A DNA stretch of 64,000 bases. Source: Malacoraja senta. Lineage: Eukaryota. Each line of letters opens with the position of its first letter. Position 1 is the stretch's first letter. The position numbers were made by a program, and so were the translations under genes. Below are positions 63,140-64,000 of the stretch, one piece after another. Location of the stretch: assembly GCA_038087875.1 (NCBI GenBank), contig CM075988.1, forward strand, positions 27,220,001 to 27,284,000. Reading direction: 5' to 3'. Under the pieces are notes generated by a model. The model ran no database searches. It saw nothing but the letters and a program-made list of their open reading frames with translations, and had not been told where the DNA came from.

Positions 63140-64000
63140 GTGTGCGGACGCGGCGCTGACAGACAAGAGGCCGAAGCAAAGAAGCCGAAGCCAAAGAACC
63201 GAATAGAAATGAGGCCGAAACGCCAATGAACCGAAAGAGTCCGAAGACGAAACGCCTACTAACCGAAAGGATGGGACGCCTAAATGCGAACTAACCGAAA
63301 GGGCTGGACGTCTAAACGCCAACGAACCGAAAGGTTGCGTCGCCTAAAAGCAAACTTACTGAATGGCCGCTCAGTCGAAACGCCACCTACCTGAAAGGCG
63401 GCGTCGCCTACAGGCCAAAGGACCGACTGCCGCTCAACAGAAAAGTCCAATAACGGACTTGACGTTGCCAGGGGGCGGGACTCGTCAGCGATTGGTCCAG
63501 ACCCCCGCATCCATCATATCACTGTGAAGGCATGAACATTGTCCCAAACCTCCGCTCCACCCGACCCGCAGCCCGCGGAGGGTGGCCGTGGGAGAGTAGG
63601 GGCTGTCCCGAGGGATGCACACCTTCGGCCACTTTCAACTTGGTGCTTGGGTTCAGATTGCCCAGGCACCTATGGCTTGTGTGGGAAAATGAACCCCATG
63701 CTCCCGTCTCCCCCTTCTCTCTCCCCTCTTCTCTCTCTCTCCTCCTCTCTGGGGAGAGAAGGGGGAGAGAGAGGAGGGAGAGAGAAAAGAGGGGGAGAGA
63801 GAAAAGAGGGGGAGAGAGAAAAGAGGGGGAGAGAGAAAAGAGGGGGAGAGAGAGGAGAAGGGGGAGAGAGAGGAGAAGGGGGAGAGAGAGGAGAAGGGGG
63901 AGAGAGAGGAGAAGGGGGAGAGAGAGGAGAAGGGGGAGAGAAGGGGGAGACGGGAGCATGGGGTTCATTTTCCCACACAAGCCATAGATAACTGGGCAAT
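63140..64000. mobile_element. Fold-back (long inverted repeat) element, right arm cut by the window edge
   Basis: 63657-63724 is inverted at 63933-64000 around a GA-rich spacer; 32-bp periodic AACCGAAAG array at 63197-63420. Confidence 0.6.
63751..63950 (+). repeat. Pure purine tandem repeat (17-bp GGGGGAGAGAGAAAAGA and 18-bp GGGGGAGAGAGAGGAGAA units)
   Basis: Direct inspection. Confidence 0.95.

Noticed and set aside
63197..63420. CRISPR-like periodic array
   Set aside because: The period is only 32 bp with no repeat/unique-spacer alternation, no cas genes, and a vertebrate context.
63519..63999. Arg/Glu/Gly- or Pro/Ser/Leu-rich ORFs
   Set aside because: Translations of the GA microsatellite.

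Overview
Eukaryotic, repeat-saturated DNA. The repeat repertoire (HE1/V-type and Deu-type SINEs, CR1/HER1-like, Rex1/Babar, RTE, RTE-X and L2 LINEs) points to a cartilaginous fish, most likely a skate or ray; this is an inference. I could not support any host protein-coding exon, RNA gene or CRISPR array, so the window looks like a gene desert or a large intron. Largest elements: a full-length but decayed Mag-like Gypsy LTR retrotransposon (30383-35071), a DIRS1-type tyrosine-recombinase retrotransposon with resolvable ends and internal complementary region (36165-41424), an RTE-X LINE (about 52093-58460) carrying four nested insertions including a young Rex1 with an open RT ORF, a hAT transposase remnant, a Penelope RT remnant, a composite non-autonomous Helitron and a fold-back element running off the right edge. 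The most interesting non-coding signals are many short palindromic, probably Penelope-derived, repeats carrying a minimal hammerhead ribozyme core (CTGAAGA-stem-GAAA-NUH), and a GC-rich non-autonomous retroposon family with a conserved 3' hairpin and a CTCF-like 5' motif. Family names come from motif recognition, not database searches; coordinates of degraded fragments are approximate.
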